From positions 7,921,519 to 7,985,518 of the forward strand of contig CM082578.2 in assembly GCA_040954595.2 (NCBI GenBank): a DNA stretch of 64,000 bases. Direction: 5' to 3'. Below the pieces are notes generated by a model. The model did no database searches. It worked only from the letters and a program-made list of their open reading frames with translations, and was not told the origin of the DNA. The stretch is from Balanoglossus misakiensis. Lineage: Eukaryota; Animalia; Hemichordata. Every line of letters begins with the position of its first letter. Position 1 is the first letter of the stretch. Positions 12,399 to 26,781 of the stretch are shown one piece after another. The position numbers and the translations under genes were made by a program.

Positions 12399-13712
12399 AT
12401 AATACTCTATCCCTATACAATATATTTTCCAACACTTTGCTCTCAATGTTTTCATTGATCTACCAGTGGTAAAACTTGAGTGGACAGTTGTGGTTCAGAG
12501 TGGAGAGATGGAAAGGAGGATAAAACTCGTACCAGGAACAGTTCTGTAATAGATAGATTTTGATGAACAGTTTGTGAACCATCATATCAAAATACCCCAT
12601 CATGTGAAAAAAAAACAAGTGAGAGCATGACGTTTATGGTGACTGCAATGGACGCTCCACTGTATCCATGACAACCTAAGCCAAGCCGTGCAGACCGGAC
12701 AATGTTGTTTTTTCCCCATAGAACACTACAATTCTGTGTGCGAACATGCACGGCCTGGTTACGAGTTCAAACAAGACTCAGATCAACTGGCACAAGCTAG
12801 TCAAGGCTTATGTGTATAACAATGTCAACAAATATCTACAACCTTATACTAACTGGTGCAAGACTGGCTTGACTATCACGGAATCTGTTGTCTGAGATCT
12901 CACAATCAAAATACCTCAGTACTTTCCATGACAACAGTCACATTTGCTGAACTAGCATATTAATAATTACTACATGTAAGCATACATCAAGGTATTTCCA
13001 TAGTGCCTGTAATTTATTTACCGGTAAAAAAATACTAAAATACGTACCGCGACGTACAAGATTAGCAATGTGATATTCAATAAATACAAAGTTAAGCTAC
13101 TGGCAAAATTTTCACCTTTTTTGGTCCCTGTGTCTGAAAAGACTCCATGGCCCATGTACTCTGTAGTCTCTATCAAAAACTTGTTAGCCATTTTGTCTTT
13201 CAGATGACCCCAAATTTTCAATGAAAGAAATTGTTTTCCACAGTAATCTAAACTCTGCAAACAAGCAACATGATAAAACGTCTCAATCATTACTAGTACG
13301 TTCAACTACTCCAGACAAACTGGTGATAATTAATGGTTGCAGGCACTAACACAGAGTATGTCAGAACTCTATGTTTTGAGTTGTGATTAAAAATACAAAA
13401 TCAGTGTTTACAAAACAAACACCCATACTTCTGTTATATGCAAATCTTAAGCAGCTCAGCAGCCAAACCAGTTGCTGCCAAGGATGAATATGTTACATTA
13501 CATTACACTATAATACCCTAAAATACACTAAAAACTGTAGTCTGCTTACATCCACTCTGTAGAAAACATCTATCAGAAATCCTGATCATGAACATGGCAG
13601 TAGAAATATTTGGAGCCTACAAAAACTGTACATCCCCTTTCTTATCGATGGAACAACCCATCGAGGCCAACAGAACTGGACCCAACATTTTAGCAATGGG
13701 TTGAACAAGTTT

Positions 13713-16700
13713 TCACAAACTACTGTCGTCTTCTGTCATGGCCTCCAGAAAGTCTTCAAACTGCTTCAGCGACAGCGTGTTGTGCAGTGTTTCCAAGGAA
13801 TGAATGGTAGACTCGATCAATTCGCTGTCTGTATATACGAAGAGAAATAAAAGAAAGACAATGAGATACCGTTACATGTACTGAGAGGGAATCCTCCACA
13901 AGTTTCAATTCTGTAATTCACAGGTTTGTCAGAGTCAATGGTTAATGTGTTAACACTTTTACATGTACTATTGTCATTTTCATGAAATTTCACACATAGC
14001 TCAATCAAATAAAAAAAATTTGTTGGTCAAATAAAATCGTATGGTCACCATACTCTATTTTGAGAAAATCTTCGTTAAATGTTTTGCACATAGAAAAACC
14101 ATAAGTGAAAAAATGCTGACTCAGCAGTTTTCTTCAATTATTGACTTAATTCTCGGCCTTATATTTCGTAAACAAGAGCAGTGACACCTATATGTTATTG
14201 CATATTTTCATTATACCTGTACAAACAAAGGTGATTCCAAAAATCCACAAATAACAGATATGACAGGACTTTCAATTTTACCAATCGTACATCCTTTAGG
14301 AATAAACTGACCTATAAAGCCACTTGCAAACGGTGGGACTTTGGGTCCGTGCAGAGAATGACAGTATCCCATATCCAGATCAGGAGTGTTTTGCGGTGAC
14401 AGGCGCTTGTGCTTCCTGAATAGTGAGGGGGAGTGCTGGATGCCGATCCCATCTTCTAACGTCTGTTTTGGTGTGTGAAGATGATCGGACGCTTGTGAAT
14501 CCGTTTCACATAAAGATCCAGATGAGGTTTCTTCGTGTAAAGCCTGTCATTGGAAGAACAAAGTGTGAGAGAGCATTGATATGTGCACGTACGATTCAAG
14601 GATTTGAGTGAATGGTCTGTTTGCTGGCCCTTGACGCAGGCATTTCTATAGAATGATATAAACAAAAGACTTTCTGCTCTTTGGGAAACAAAAGGTCAGT
14701 AGTGCATAACATACATGTCCCTTTAAAGGCCTATTCGCTGCAATTTTTTGCATTATTTTTTAATTATTTTACTTTCAAACTTAGAATTGTCCATTTAAAT
14801 TTACTGATGAATAAACACAAATATGTCTCAATCTCTAAATGTGGCTTTACATTTAAACGTAAACAAGTTACATGTAAATAATAAACAGGTGCCACACCCA
14901 TTCATTCAGCTGCCCATTGCAAGAGTTCACAACTATTTAAGTATGCGCACATGGGTTTTAGAATCCCCACAAATTCAAAATTTTGTCATCTGTGGACAAA
15001 GGGTAAGGAGAAGATTGAAGTGTTTTATCCTTTGAAAATATGCCAGAAGTGGCAGCTATTGGGGCTTTAACGGTCTTTTACTCACAGAGATATCGGTCTG
15101 GCATCGACATCCAGCAGCTTTGCTGTCGTAGTCGTCACACAGACCCCTAGCACCAGGGCTGAAATGCAACTCCACGTGGAATCGCTCATCTGAGGCCGGG
15201 TCTTGGTTGGGGTCCTCATGTAGCATGATTATGATGTGGGTCATGTAGTTCAACTCCTTGACAGTGCCAAGGTAATCGGTAGCCCTCTTCCATTGCTCAT
15301 CATCCTCCTGTAATTACATTGACAAGGGCAGAATCCATGATTACAGTTGTGCCTGTATGATAATTAAAGCTCCATTAGCTGTTTCTTTTCCTTATGTTTT
15401 CAATATTTTTGTTTTGTGTATCTACTGTCGTTTCTTGTTCAAAGTCCAGAAACATGATGAAATGCCTGGCGTTTAGCTTATTAACATAATATATACATGC
15501 GTGTGTATAGTCCGAATTGATATTGTGAAAAAGTCCAACCTAGAATTCATTTGTCAACAATAACATTGGTCGTTACACATATACAGGCTATGTTGCCATG
15601 ACTGTCTGCACCTCCAAGTGGAGTGATCTTCAAACTTTAAACTCATCCTCCAAGATGTCAAAATTTCCCTTAGCACTTTTAATAACGTAAACAAACCAGA
15701 CAATGTCTACTTTACTTACACCACAAAGTCCTCCGAGTTTGAGGAAATTGACCAACGAATGGATGTGACTTTCGCTCGTGAAATACAATCTCGTCTGCAC
15801 ATGTCTTTCCGGAGATTCCACATTGTCCGAATACTGTGGATTCAGTCTGTTCACATTCTCATCTTCCGCATGTATTCTCTTCAGATCATTCTTCAGTTTG
15901 GTCAGCAGAGGCAGACATATTCCTTTTCCGAGTGCCAGCTTTTCCTCCCTTGTAATGCCATATTCCTAGAAATCAATAAATTATTTTTATTTGCTGTGTT
16001 TGAGTCATTTCATAGTTTTACATTACAGTTGATTATACCACAGTCACTCCACAGTTACTATTCAGAATGTGGTACACTCACCTGAGGAATAATAATGTTC
16101 GCCAAATGGTGAGAAATTTCCAACAACTCATCAGTCTTTTCTAACTTCAACACCTGGTTGTGATTGCAATCATATGTGATGCAGTCGTAAATGTCTGGGA
16201 TCTTGGTGATGTCAAAACGTCCACTCTTTTTCTTGAAGTCTTTTTCCAACTTGCTCCACCTCTTAAACATCATGTCCAGCGTCTCCTTGTGATGCAGGTG
16301 GATGGCTGTGAAAATAACAAAGCATCCGGAACTGTAACAACAACTTTGTTTTGATTTCTGTGGGGAACTGACCCGCCCTTTTTATGTTTATACTAGTCGT
16401 CACCTACAAACTCACTGTCCAGTGGCATCTTTGTAAATAACACAGATATGCAGTGAGTGTACACTGCAAGACATTGACCCAAATTCCTCACAATGGTCTG
16501 TTGAGATAAGTACAATGTAGAGGGCAAGTGAGAGAGACTTATGTATCAACTCTATTATCTTGCTCACTGCGGCACCCAATGCAATCATTGTGATAAAATT
16601 GTGGTTTGTTTTACATCATGTACAACACGTTTGACTTACTTCTCATAGCAGGGTCTTTGAGTTTCTCTTTCAATTGTTTGATCAAGTGCTTGATGAGCTC

Positions 16701-19700
16701 ATAGACTCTTTCACATTTCTCGACTGGATTTTTGATGAACTCTATGGATTCTAAGAGGGCCTGGGATTTACCAGTAGTAGGGGCAAGCTGTGGCAACAAA
16801 AATAGCTTATGTCAGTCACAGCAGTTGAGACAGAAAATGAAGTTATGGGGTTGGCTTCAAATAGATCAAAACAATAAAAATACACACAAATGACAGATTA
16901 CCTTCTCAATGTCAGTCTGTGTAAACTCACGGTCTTTCTTCATCAGACCATACAAACGCTGCTTGACTCTACAAAAACAAATTTGAAGTTGCAAGATTAT
17001 TTTTTACAAATACATGTCTATACAGTATAAGAACAGCCAGAGGCACCAAGATATATAGCCAATCACAGATTTCCACTTGGCTGGCCCAGTGAAAAAGTGA
17101 GCCAAATTTGGAGGTGACAGGAAATAGTCTTGAAACTCAACTAAGTTCCAAGTATTACAATATACAATGCACAGATGCACACTTTACCTTGCTTGCAATG
17201 CAAGCGAATCCTTATCAAAATCCAACAGTCCATGGGAACTCTTCACCATCTGAGCTAATATTGGAGTTAGTGCCCCTTCCAATGCTAACATACCCTGTTT
17301 GGGATGGAAAAATAACATACCAGTAATCAAATTTTGAAAGACGATGAAGTTACTTTTCTCTTTCTCCCAATTTTCAAAGATTATTAAAAGCACAGCCACT
17401 CCTGTTGGCCTCATAAATGTCATAATTGCTCATTCTGTCTGTTACATTTGAGAATAATACTAATTCTTTAATCCCCTCATTCCCTGTAATCTCCTTAATT
17501 TTATTACTGAAGCCAGCTATTGTCGCACAGCATCTCTAATCTGCCATGACCTCTGACCTTAGTGAAAGCAGCAGCTGTCATCTTCACTCTGCCCTCATCA
17601 GATGCGTAAATCTTCAAATCGTGTCTGTAAGTACTGTGAAGACGCAATAAGCCACATCCCGGAAATCCTGCATATTCACCTGTGAATTGGACAGTACCAG
17701 TATATGCGTGAGACAGTATTCATGAGAGAATGTTCATGTGTTTTCCCACATTTTTTTTCAGAACCTACGGTACATATGGATGACATCACCCTGGTGCCAA
17801 ACCACACCCCTTTTAATTATAATTAAAAGGGGTGTGGTTTGGCAAATGTAAGTTATGAGTGACCACACTTCATGAACTCTTGGGTCGCTATGGACGCTCA
17901 AGCAATGTCTCTCTGCTGTTGCTACTCTTTGCTTTCCATCCCACACTTCAGTTGATTATGAGTGTAAGTTTGTGACAAGGCAGGTCATCAGCAAGCTGGT
18001 ACTATCATGTCAGATACATGTATGACTGTTTATCAGATAGCATTTGTTTGTTCTTCTACCACTCAACTTCATCATTATAGGCTGTGTGTCACTTTATCCT
18101 GGAGAAGACCCATCCAACATTAGAAGATTGTTTTTCTTTGATATAACTTTTTCAGTGTTGAATACCTTGTCCGGCAGGGTACATGAGTCTGAAAGCTCTT
18201 CCAAGTTCTTCTGCCTCCAGTCGTCCAACCTTCGTCAATTCACCGCCCCATTTTACAATCAGCAACAGCGATGGCTCTTCTTTGGAATCTGAAAAGGGAA
18301 ACCAAAACAAAACTCCTGGTGTTAGGCTATCGGTTCTAATTCCATGGATACAAATTCTGTCACCAGAAATAGACACACAAAACAGGTTTTTTTCCACTTG
18401 GATACATTGACTGGATCACAAAATTGCGACACTAGAACTGGCACTCACAGTATTACGTTGCAATAAAGAAGAAAACATTTATTTTTCACACCAATTTTGA
18501 TCGTATTCCTTCGCTAAGGGTGTCACATTTTGAGATATGTCATCATGGATAAAACATACGTGTATGAAAATGTGAAAATAAGTCGTGGGCTGGATTTCCT
18601 GGGAACTTCCAAGTAACTTAAGGGTTATGTACATGTACAATTCACCATATCACTCATACTGCTTACCATCGTCACTGCTAGCATGACCTGGTCTTCCTCT
18701 CGGTTGATACTTCAGCTGCACCTTCCGGTTGATTCCGGAAAATCGACCGTGCATCTCCAGGACAGTCTTGACTTGTTCAAACTTGGACCTCTTCTCCTCG
18801 ATCTCATTTTCGCTGTGACTGTTTTCGGCCTCCGACAACAGGAACCTGGTCACATCCAACACGTCCTGCCGGCCAACAACAGTTACAGAGTCAAGTTCAA
18901 AGAGCATTAATACGTGGTTACTGAAATATTCAGTCACGTACCGCAGTGCCTATGACACTTTACTTGTAAAGGGTCGTAGGCACTGGAGCGCCTGCACAGG
19001 ACTGAATCTTTGAGTCTGCAGTTCAAGTTCATGTGCTGGGTTGTTCACTGGATTGTCAGTCAAGGTAAGACATTGAAATGTGAGTTGGTTACCCAGCTTC
19101 GATATGGATAAACTTATTTGGTCTGTTATAAGACAAACTTACAATCTGTGATCACTTTGACAGATGAGACATATCGTGCTTCAACAAAAATACATTAAAA
19201 ACGCAAGAACTAACCTGCAGTTCACTTGGTTTCTTCAGATTGATTTTTCCAAGCTTGAAACCTCCATACTTCTCAAACAGCTCAAAGAATCTGTAGATGA
19301 CATAAAATATCCTCTGTAACAACAACTTGACTTATATTGTCCCTTGAAACAAGAACATTTGGTGCAGAACATAAGTACATAAAGCAAGGAAGCATAACAC
19401 TGCGCCACAAACAAAATGAAGACTCACTTATGGTGTTTGATTTCCATCTTGACCTTCTGTTTTGGCGTTCGGTCACCATGACGCATTATTCCAATCACAC
19501 ATCTCAGCTCCATCCTGTGACAATCAACCACCAATTTTTCAATAATTATCAACTCAAAAAACTAGATCATTGTATTGAAGGTAATAAATCCAGGTCGGGG
19601 TAATGTTTGGTTTATCACATTCAATTCTTATATGCATAAAATACTAGTATACTAAATTGAATACTATTACTGTTATTTTTTGACAGTTTTTGAAGGTCAA

Positions 19701-22700
19701 ATGTGACTTACACTGAACCTGATGATGTTGGTACATAAGGAACCTCTTCTTCCTCAATCGGAATATTCCATGGAATATTATACTGGGACGACATTTCCCG
19801 CATTATGATATGGCTGAAACAGACGAATATCCGGAATGATTACATGGGAATCAAGCAAACTTGTGGCAGTCTGTTTAACATAATTACGGTAGTATATGAT
19901 ACAAACATTTGTGATTCAAGTCCTGGCTGTATAACTGGTTGCATGGAAGAATATCAAACAACTCCTACCCTAAAATTTTAGCACAGTCGTCATAGTACTT
20001 CTTGGAGTTCTTCACGAAACTGAAGCCATTGACGTCGCAGACATAGTATCTACCATTGGCACGGAGCAAATCAAAGCCGCAAACAGTTTGCTGCAAAGAC
20101 AACATCAATGTTTTGAAAGTCAGTAATCAGCAAGGTTATTTGTGGGAAGAATATCTGATGGCAGGTTTCAATTTTTTTAAAGGTAGAGGTTGTATATCAT
20201 AATTTTTTTTATTGGTCAACAACCGACAGTCTAAAAAGCAATCTGTATTACAGTGTATCCCTAAACTGTACCAAACTATGCCAAACAGACTTTGCTTTCA
20301 ATCTGTAACATAACACATGTACAGACTGACACCTGATATAAATTGACTGAATGATGTGCAGGAAATTCTATAGTAGGTTGTGTACATTAGTAAAATCAAC
20401 AATGACCACAGTGGTAGAGAATTACCTTGAAAGCTTGGCACACTTTCCTGGCGATGAGTTTTTCGATATTGTTAAGAATCACCGGATATCTGACTTCTTT
20501 TCCCTCACTGTCTCTTTCTACTTTTCCATCCAGGGCTGGTGACTTTCTGGCCTCAGCATGCGCATAGTCTGGACCGACTGTGTACACCTGTCGAACATCA
20601 CAGGATTCAAAAGGTTTCAAATAAAATGCCATATTAATACATTCCGATGGAGTACACATTGTGTATTAGGAGTTAATTTAGCAAAACATCAGGCAAAAAA
20701 CAGACACTACCTGTTAATAGAACAAGTAGGCTAATAGCAACATTCCATCTCTAAACTCAGAGTTGTTGTTCATCTGATTTATAACAATCACAGTACCTTG
20801 ACATCCGTGCCATCAGTGGGCATAAATTCTTCGTAAATGTAGGATCCCTTTTTCCGTACCCTGCTTTCCGGGGAATACACACTGCTACGATTGCCAACCT
20901 GTTGGAAGCGGAATCAAATCAAAGTACAAGATGTTTTGAGTACACCATCTCCTTAAAGAATATAACCTTGATAGCTAAGCACTGTGAATGTACCGTGTCG
21001 GGTACATGCATTAATCGCTATCTTTTTTCAACTGACCACTAACTGCACGATAGGTGAAAACAGAGATTGGAATAGACTTGAAATTCAAATGGACCGGGAC
21101 ATTACATGTATGGACAAATCTATGTACGGAAATGAATACAGTTATATGCATGTTTTTTATGTATGCAAATTGCATTTATTCATAGTTTTTGTGTTTTTGA
21201 CTACCGTCATATGACTTTTTCGCCGTTTCTTTACAATCAACACCGCAGTTGTCAGCACAGGAGAGGGCATATTGACAGAATTAGGTAATAACCCAGGCAA
21301 AACAACCCTCACACAAAGCTATCTAATCTGTGTATGTACAGTGGACGACAGTTTGTACATTTGCTGAAAAATACCTCTCAGCAATCCACATTGTCATACA
21401 CTATACTGCCGTAACCTATGGCAATCAATAACTTTCTGTCTTGTGCCAACAGTTGAATGTCGTAAATATGCAAATTTTAGACATTTTCACCTTTGTTTTC
21501 CAATGGGTTTAACCCAGAGTGCATGTAAGCATTCTATTTTTAGTCATCCGAGTCATCTTGCAGTAATTCTAGTTTCTAGTAGCGGGCATGTTGCGTACGA
21601 CAAAATTCAACACAATTCAAACATTGAAAAAAAAAAAAGTGACCCAAACTGATCATAGACGAATATTCAAGGATGAATTATCAGGTTATCCCAAAACATG
21701 CCCATGTATGGTTTCGGGCTCCCATGATACGAGATTCTACATGTACTTCGGGACCCAGTCGCTACTTGTAGAATCATACCTTTCTGAAAAGTTTCTGACT
21801 TCCACCCCCAGTGGTGGACGGGTAGTAAATGTAAATGTTGTGGTCTTCCGCAGACACCGGTTTCTCCACGAACGGCTTGTGGAAAACTTCGCCGTTGATT
21901 TCCACGTAGTCGTCAGCTTCTACTAAATTGCAATCTGTGGAGATAAGAAGGATGATGTTGAACTTGCAAGATTGGATTCGGTATATTCTTCATTGGGACT
22001 GTCACTCCATTACAGTGTCTCACAGTTTTGTGAATGACATTTTATTACTTTTCACAAAAATCTAATTTTTCTCTGCGCAGTATAACTATAAGAATTACCT
22101 GCAGGATCATCCGAATCTCTATCTAATATGGCATATCTTGGTAATCCAATACTTTCCTGCTTCAGTATTTCATAGACATGCTTTCTGCAAAGAGGAACAG
22201 ATAATATAATTCATGTTGTAACAGAAAACGATTTCCCAGTGACAGATGGTCTGATCACCCCAGCTACATGCATGTGGATACCTGGATTATTGTTGGCAAA
22301 GTAACCAAAGTCTTGGTCTCACAATGGTGAGAATGGGACAGTATGCAGAGAGAAGTAGCTGGGACCACACATGGGATGAGGACAGAACTATACATGGACA
22401 CTCAGAGTCATAGTGTGATAAAATACACGAGAAATTCGTGGGGATGCTGCTAAATTTGAGGGAGAGAATTTTGAAAAATTGCCTCAACAGTGCAGCTAAA
22501 ACATAAAACATTTTTCAGGGAAAATTTGTGACGGGCAGCTGGTTAAAATGATAAACATGGCTTGGGTGAGTTTTTAACAGGCTTCTTTTCATCATGATGT
22601 TTGAATGATATCCCCCAGCACTTGTTGAAGTTGAAAACAAATCCATCTTATTTGCATTGACGCACCTGTCTTGCAAACCAAACTGTTGATACAGATCGTT

Positions 22701-24512
22701 CAGAACAAACGGCTTCCTGAGCTCAGCATAGGCTATCGCTTTCTCCAAGGGGAATCCTTTGGAGAAGAAGGAGATAAGGCAGTGACATAGCGGCCAGTTC
22801 TCCACAGGTTCGTTCAGGATCATGTTCTCGTCGAACGTGTCCGTCACAATGTACTCGTACTTTTCCAGTCTCGTGAGAATCTCCTTCATGGGTTTGGACT
22901 GGGACTTCTTGGCCATGGCGCAGATGCCCACCACAAACATGGTCTTCCCATCCTCCATCATTTCCTGCATTTTTGTCTTCTGAGATTTACCGCGGTCCAG
23001 CTCTAGTTTCTCCTGAGTTACGATGGAAACAAAAAATAGCCCACTAAGTGTTTAAATGAAATGCTTGATGATTTGTTAAGTGTGTGAATTTGATAAAAGC
23101 AATCATGTTAACAGGCTGACCATGAGTACGGCCACAAGAAAAAAACACACACAGGCGTTCCAACAGACAACACTGATTACATCATTTTGGCCAAAGATAT
23201 TAAGATGCCCTTTTACAGATCTGGGATATGACGTACTGCCTCTTCAAGTTCAAGTAAAAGAATTACAGAATTGAAAAGGGACAAATTCAATCTCGATAAC
23301 ATACATCTCCATCAACCCTAGATTTTTTTAATGCCAAGCCGTGGGAACCCAATATATGACCCAATATTTTAAACATGCCCCTTTAATATTTAAAATATCA
23401 TTTTCTGAGTATAAGGATTTTTCAAGATTGCCTGAAAAATTTGTAATGGTATGCTCTGTCTCAAATTTGGGGGAAAATCTATTTTTCATGTGAAGCAATT
23501 TGAACTGATCCATGGTGACATTAAGAGATATTATTTCATGATCGACTCGGTGACTCAGAGATTGAACATCTGTACTACAGCATATATGTAACAGTCCCTA
23601 ATGAGTAAACAAATGCAAATACACTAAATTCCAGCTGATCTGTCGAGATGTTCTATGGGGTCTATGGTTACAGTGACAATTCTTGCATGACACAACATAA
23701 TCTTTGTGAGTGTAATGATGAAAGCATGATAGGTACAGCAAAAAAAAGATTACAACAAAGCTCAACATTACATACTACATGTAGTACATTAACAAACAGT
23801 GGCTGGTGCCAGTGCAGTGCCTAATGACACATATTTGAAAGGGAGCGTCCCAAGTCACTTCTTGACAACACAGGTATCAGTATTATAAATATGGGTAATT
23901 GTCCTCCAGCTCTTACTGTCAAAATTTTGGGGATTTCAACACACCTCTACGAACTAGATTGCATTCATGAACTTTGGACGCAGAATACAGTGACCATGCA
24001 CTGTAACAAATACCAGTAATTCATGATGGCAAACGGTATCTCTGTAATGATACACTTGGCAGTTGTGTTTGCGGATTAGTCACTGCACACGGTCCATCAA
24101 AACAAATAAGAGGAAACAGCGTTGCCATATATAGAATACAGCACAAAAATCACGACCGTATTACTCAGAAAGCTATACGCACAGAATGTAGACTTTACTG
24201 GCAGCTACCTACCGTATAACCCACAGGGGGAAAAGACCTTAATTCAATTCATCCTTCTGCTGTTGGTGTACATTGTATATACAGCACCGATGTGGATGTG
24301 CATACCGAGCATAGACAAAATATACAACCTAGCACCAATGGATGATTGTGACCTTTACATGTAGTGTGTCACAGGTCAAAGGTTACTGGTTAATAATAAA
24401 ACATTACAGCGCATACCTGCTTTCTCGCTGCTCCAACCGTTCTCCAATCCCCTCTGGGGAACAACCTTGGACTTGAAGATCCCAACTCGCTGTTCACTTC
24501 ACTGTCTGACAT
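13713..24512 (-). CDS. PPIP5K: PPIP5K/VIP1 copy B, complete, about 1046 aa
   Basis: 21 frame-consistent exons: 24512-24417, 23012-22666, 22184-22099, 21934-21780, 20898-20797, 20587-20426, 20090-19969, 19813-19712, 19514-19428, 19290-19215, 18865-18667, 18288-18166, 17679-17558, 17294-17188, 16968-16902, 16787-16640, 16305-16082, 15965-15720, 15307-15086, 14543-14312, 13828-13713 (sum 3141 nt). Intron positions and phases match copy A. Motifs [52 protein letters not shown]. The first coding exon and exon 14543-14312 are less certain. Confidence 0.93.
14723..15070. mobile_element. TTAA-flanked non-autonomous DNA element (Kolobok-like) in a PPIP5K-B intron
   Basis: Left end TTAAAGGCCTATTCGCTGCAA; right end reverse-complements to TTAAAGCCCCAATAGCTGCCA (imperfect TIRs, TTAA at both ends). 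Related single ends occur at 15364 and 31652. Confidence 0.6.
17795..17844. repeat. Perfect 50-bp spacerless palindrome (intronic)
   Basis: TGCCAAACCACACCCCTTTTAATTATAATTAAAAGGGGTGTGGTTTGGCA equals its own reverse complement. Confidence 0.95.
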
Positions 24513-25312
24513 ACTTATTATCCTGTGATGTCAACAATCTCACACTGTGGTATAAAGAACGTCTTTCCGCAGGCCGCAGCTGGGACAACTCCACACAAAG
24601 GATTGTTTGCCCATGGTGCAAGTCTTCGACACAACTCTGTGCATGCTGTGTGGTGAGTTGCGAGGGTGTTACCCCATCACTCCAACACTGCCACAGACCG
24701 TGCTAACCTACGCAAGAAAACAAGGGGAGACAATGTCTTGAAATGTGATTGCAAGAGCGATCAATGAACGCATGTCATTACATGTACTAGCTGTCACTGG
24801 GACTGCAGATTCTTGTAAGTTGTATTGACACAGAAAAGTGATTGTCATAAGGAACTAAATGTCACATATACCTTATCGGTAGTACTTAATGTGTAAGTCA
24901 GTTGGTTGTGTGTACACTACTGTGAAGTTCGAAAAACTAACACTGTCCCATGACCAGAGTCAGCTGTGCATCAATATATCAGTATATTGAAATTAGGAAA
25001 AAATAATAAAGTCAAATAATAAATTTAAATCACTCAGACTAGACATAATTTTAATTCTTTGTTTTGACTGATGCACATAACCATCATGAACCTTCCATAA
25101 TTCATTTTTAGAAAAAAAATGACACCAATAATTCCTCCCTCTGCATTATAAATATATACATTCAAGTAATTAATATATCAGCTGATACACCTGATACAGG
25201 AGTGATCAAATCCGCAGCACATGGGCTAGTGTGGTTTTTTTATGACTGGAGGGGAGATTCATTTTGCTTTGACTAACCAGACAGACAAACCAATTATTTG
25301 GCTACAACACTG

Positions 25313-25360
<48 letters not shown>

Positions 25361-25373
25361 GTCATCATCATCA
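25313..25373. repeat. (ATC)n microsatellite
   Basis: Read directly; one interruption. Confidence 0.95.
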
Positions 25374-26781
25374 CGTCACATAAATTCAAAGTCCACAAGA
25401 TGATAGTTTGTCTGTAAACAATAATTTGTGTCATACACGCAGCTGTATATAAAATGAACTTGAACGCTGGGTTCAACATGCCTCTCAGAATTTTGAACCT
25501 GAAAGTGAAGATGGCACAAAAGGATTCACATTTCTAGGAAAAATAATTCCTCTATCAGACTATACGCATTGAACAGATTAGATATCAGAGATACATACAC
25601 GTACATGGGCAACGAATTCCTTGAAATTGTAAAATTTAACGCAGTGATTGTCAAAACATGGAATACCTGCCCATGCTTACCAGACCTTGAAACTGCACTT
25701 CAGTAAACAACACAAACTACAATGCCAACAGTACACCAAAGGTCAGATGGGGCCGGTAGTACCATACACAAAGTAAAAAGAATGCCATTTACTGAGACAA
25801 TGCTTGAAAGCCCACTTGCGCGATGACCCTGTCATGCATTGTTGTGTAAAACAGACAAATTTGTGAATTTTACACATAGTATTTTCAAATTCATTATAAA
25901 AAGTGTTCAATATACATCATCATATTTATTTACTAAGTTGCACAGTCTGTACTGTCAGCCAAACCAGATGCAACTTGCCTTTGCTCACACTTCTCATGGC
26001 TACAATGTATGTCGCCTTTTTATAATAACGCGAAGCTCTGCAGGTTCATATTAAAACGTGTAAGATAATCTGACAAGCAAGCTTGTTCATGACCCACCCA
26101 GCACTGATATGTACCAGTTTACCTTGTATTGTAAAAGTTCCAACATCTATGCCAAGGTCACTTATTCAAACACAACCGTGTGATGCAACATAGGCCACTC
26201 TAAATTTCTGCTCTTTATATCTCGCACCCCCCCCCCCTCCCCCCTCCCCCGATCTTAGTGCACATGTTATGTACCTTTTGAAGGTACATACAGGGCTTGA
26301 GACATGGAAAGATAAGAAAGTACTCTCTAATATCAAGGATGCAATGGTTTGACTGCAGGTTGACGATTTCACTCAGAATGAAGGGGTCATAAAAATATTC
26401 TCTTAGTCTATTTCCTATTTTGTCTCAACAGTAACGGTTTACAGTGTACTTTGTATGTAGGGGGGTCAGAATCACCTGTCTGTGATATTGTATGACCAAG
26501 GCCTGCTAAGGGGCCAGGGTTACACATGTAACTTAGCTACACCAGGTATATACAAATGTACATAATGGTGTGATTTTGTCTTTGTGAACTCATGTCAGCT
26601 CAGACAGTCGGGAACCCACACTGGCCACAGAAGCTTTTTAACTAGGTATACATCTTGGCCTATGACATTTCCTATGTCATGGACCCCGGACGTATATCAT
26701 ATAACAAGCGACTGTACTGTGTGCGATCGAATCTGTGAGCTGAGCAGTGAGTGTTATTCTAAAGAAGTTCAGTTACGTTAC

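Noticed and set aside
13617-13715. Stop-codon readthrough or selenocysteine at the PPIP5K-B TGA
   Set aside because: Context is TGA-A rather than TGA-CTAG, the extension is short and unremarkable, and no SECIS was seen.
24467-24480. 14-nt complementarity between the PPIP5K-B first coding exon and its 3' UTR hairpin arm (12385-12398)
   Set aside because: Short enough to be chance, and the arm already has a local partner.
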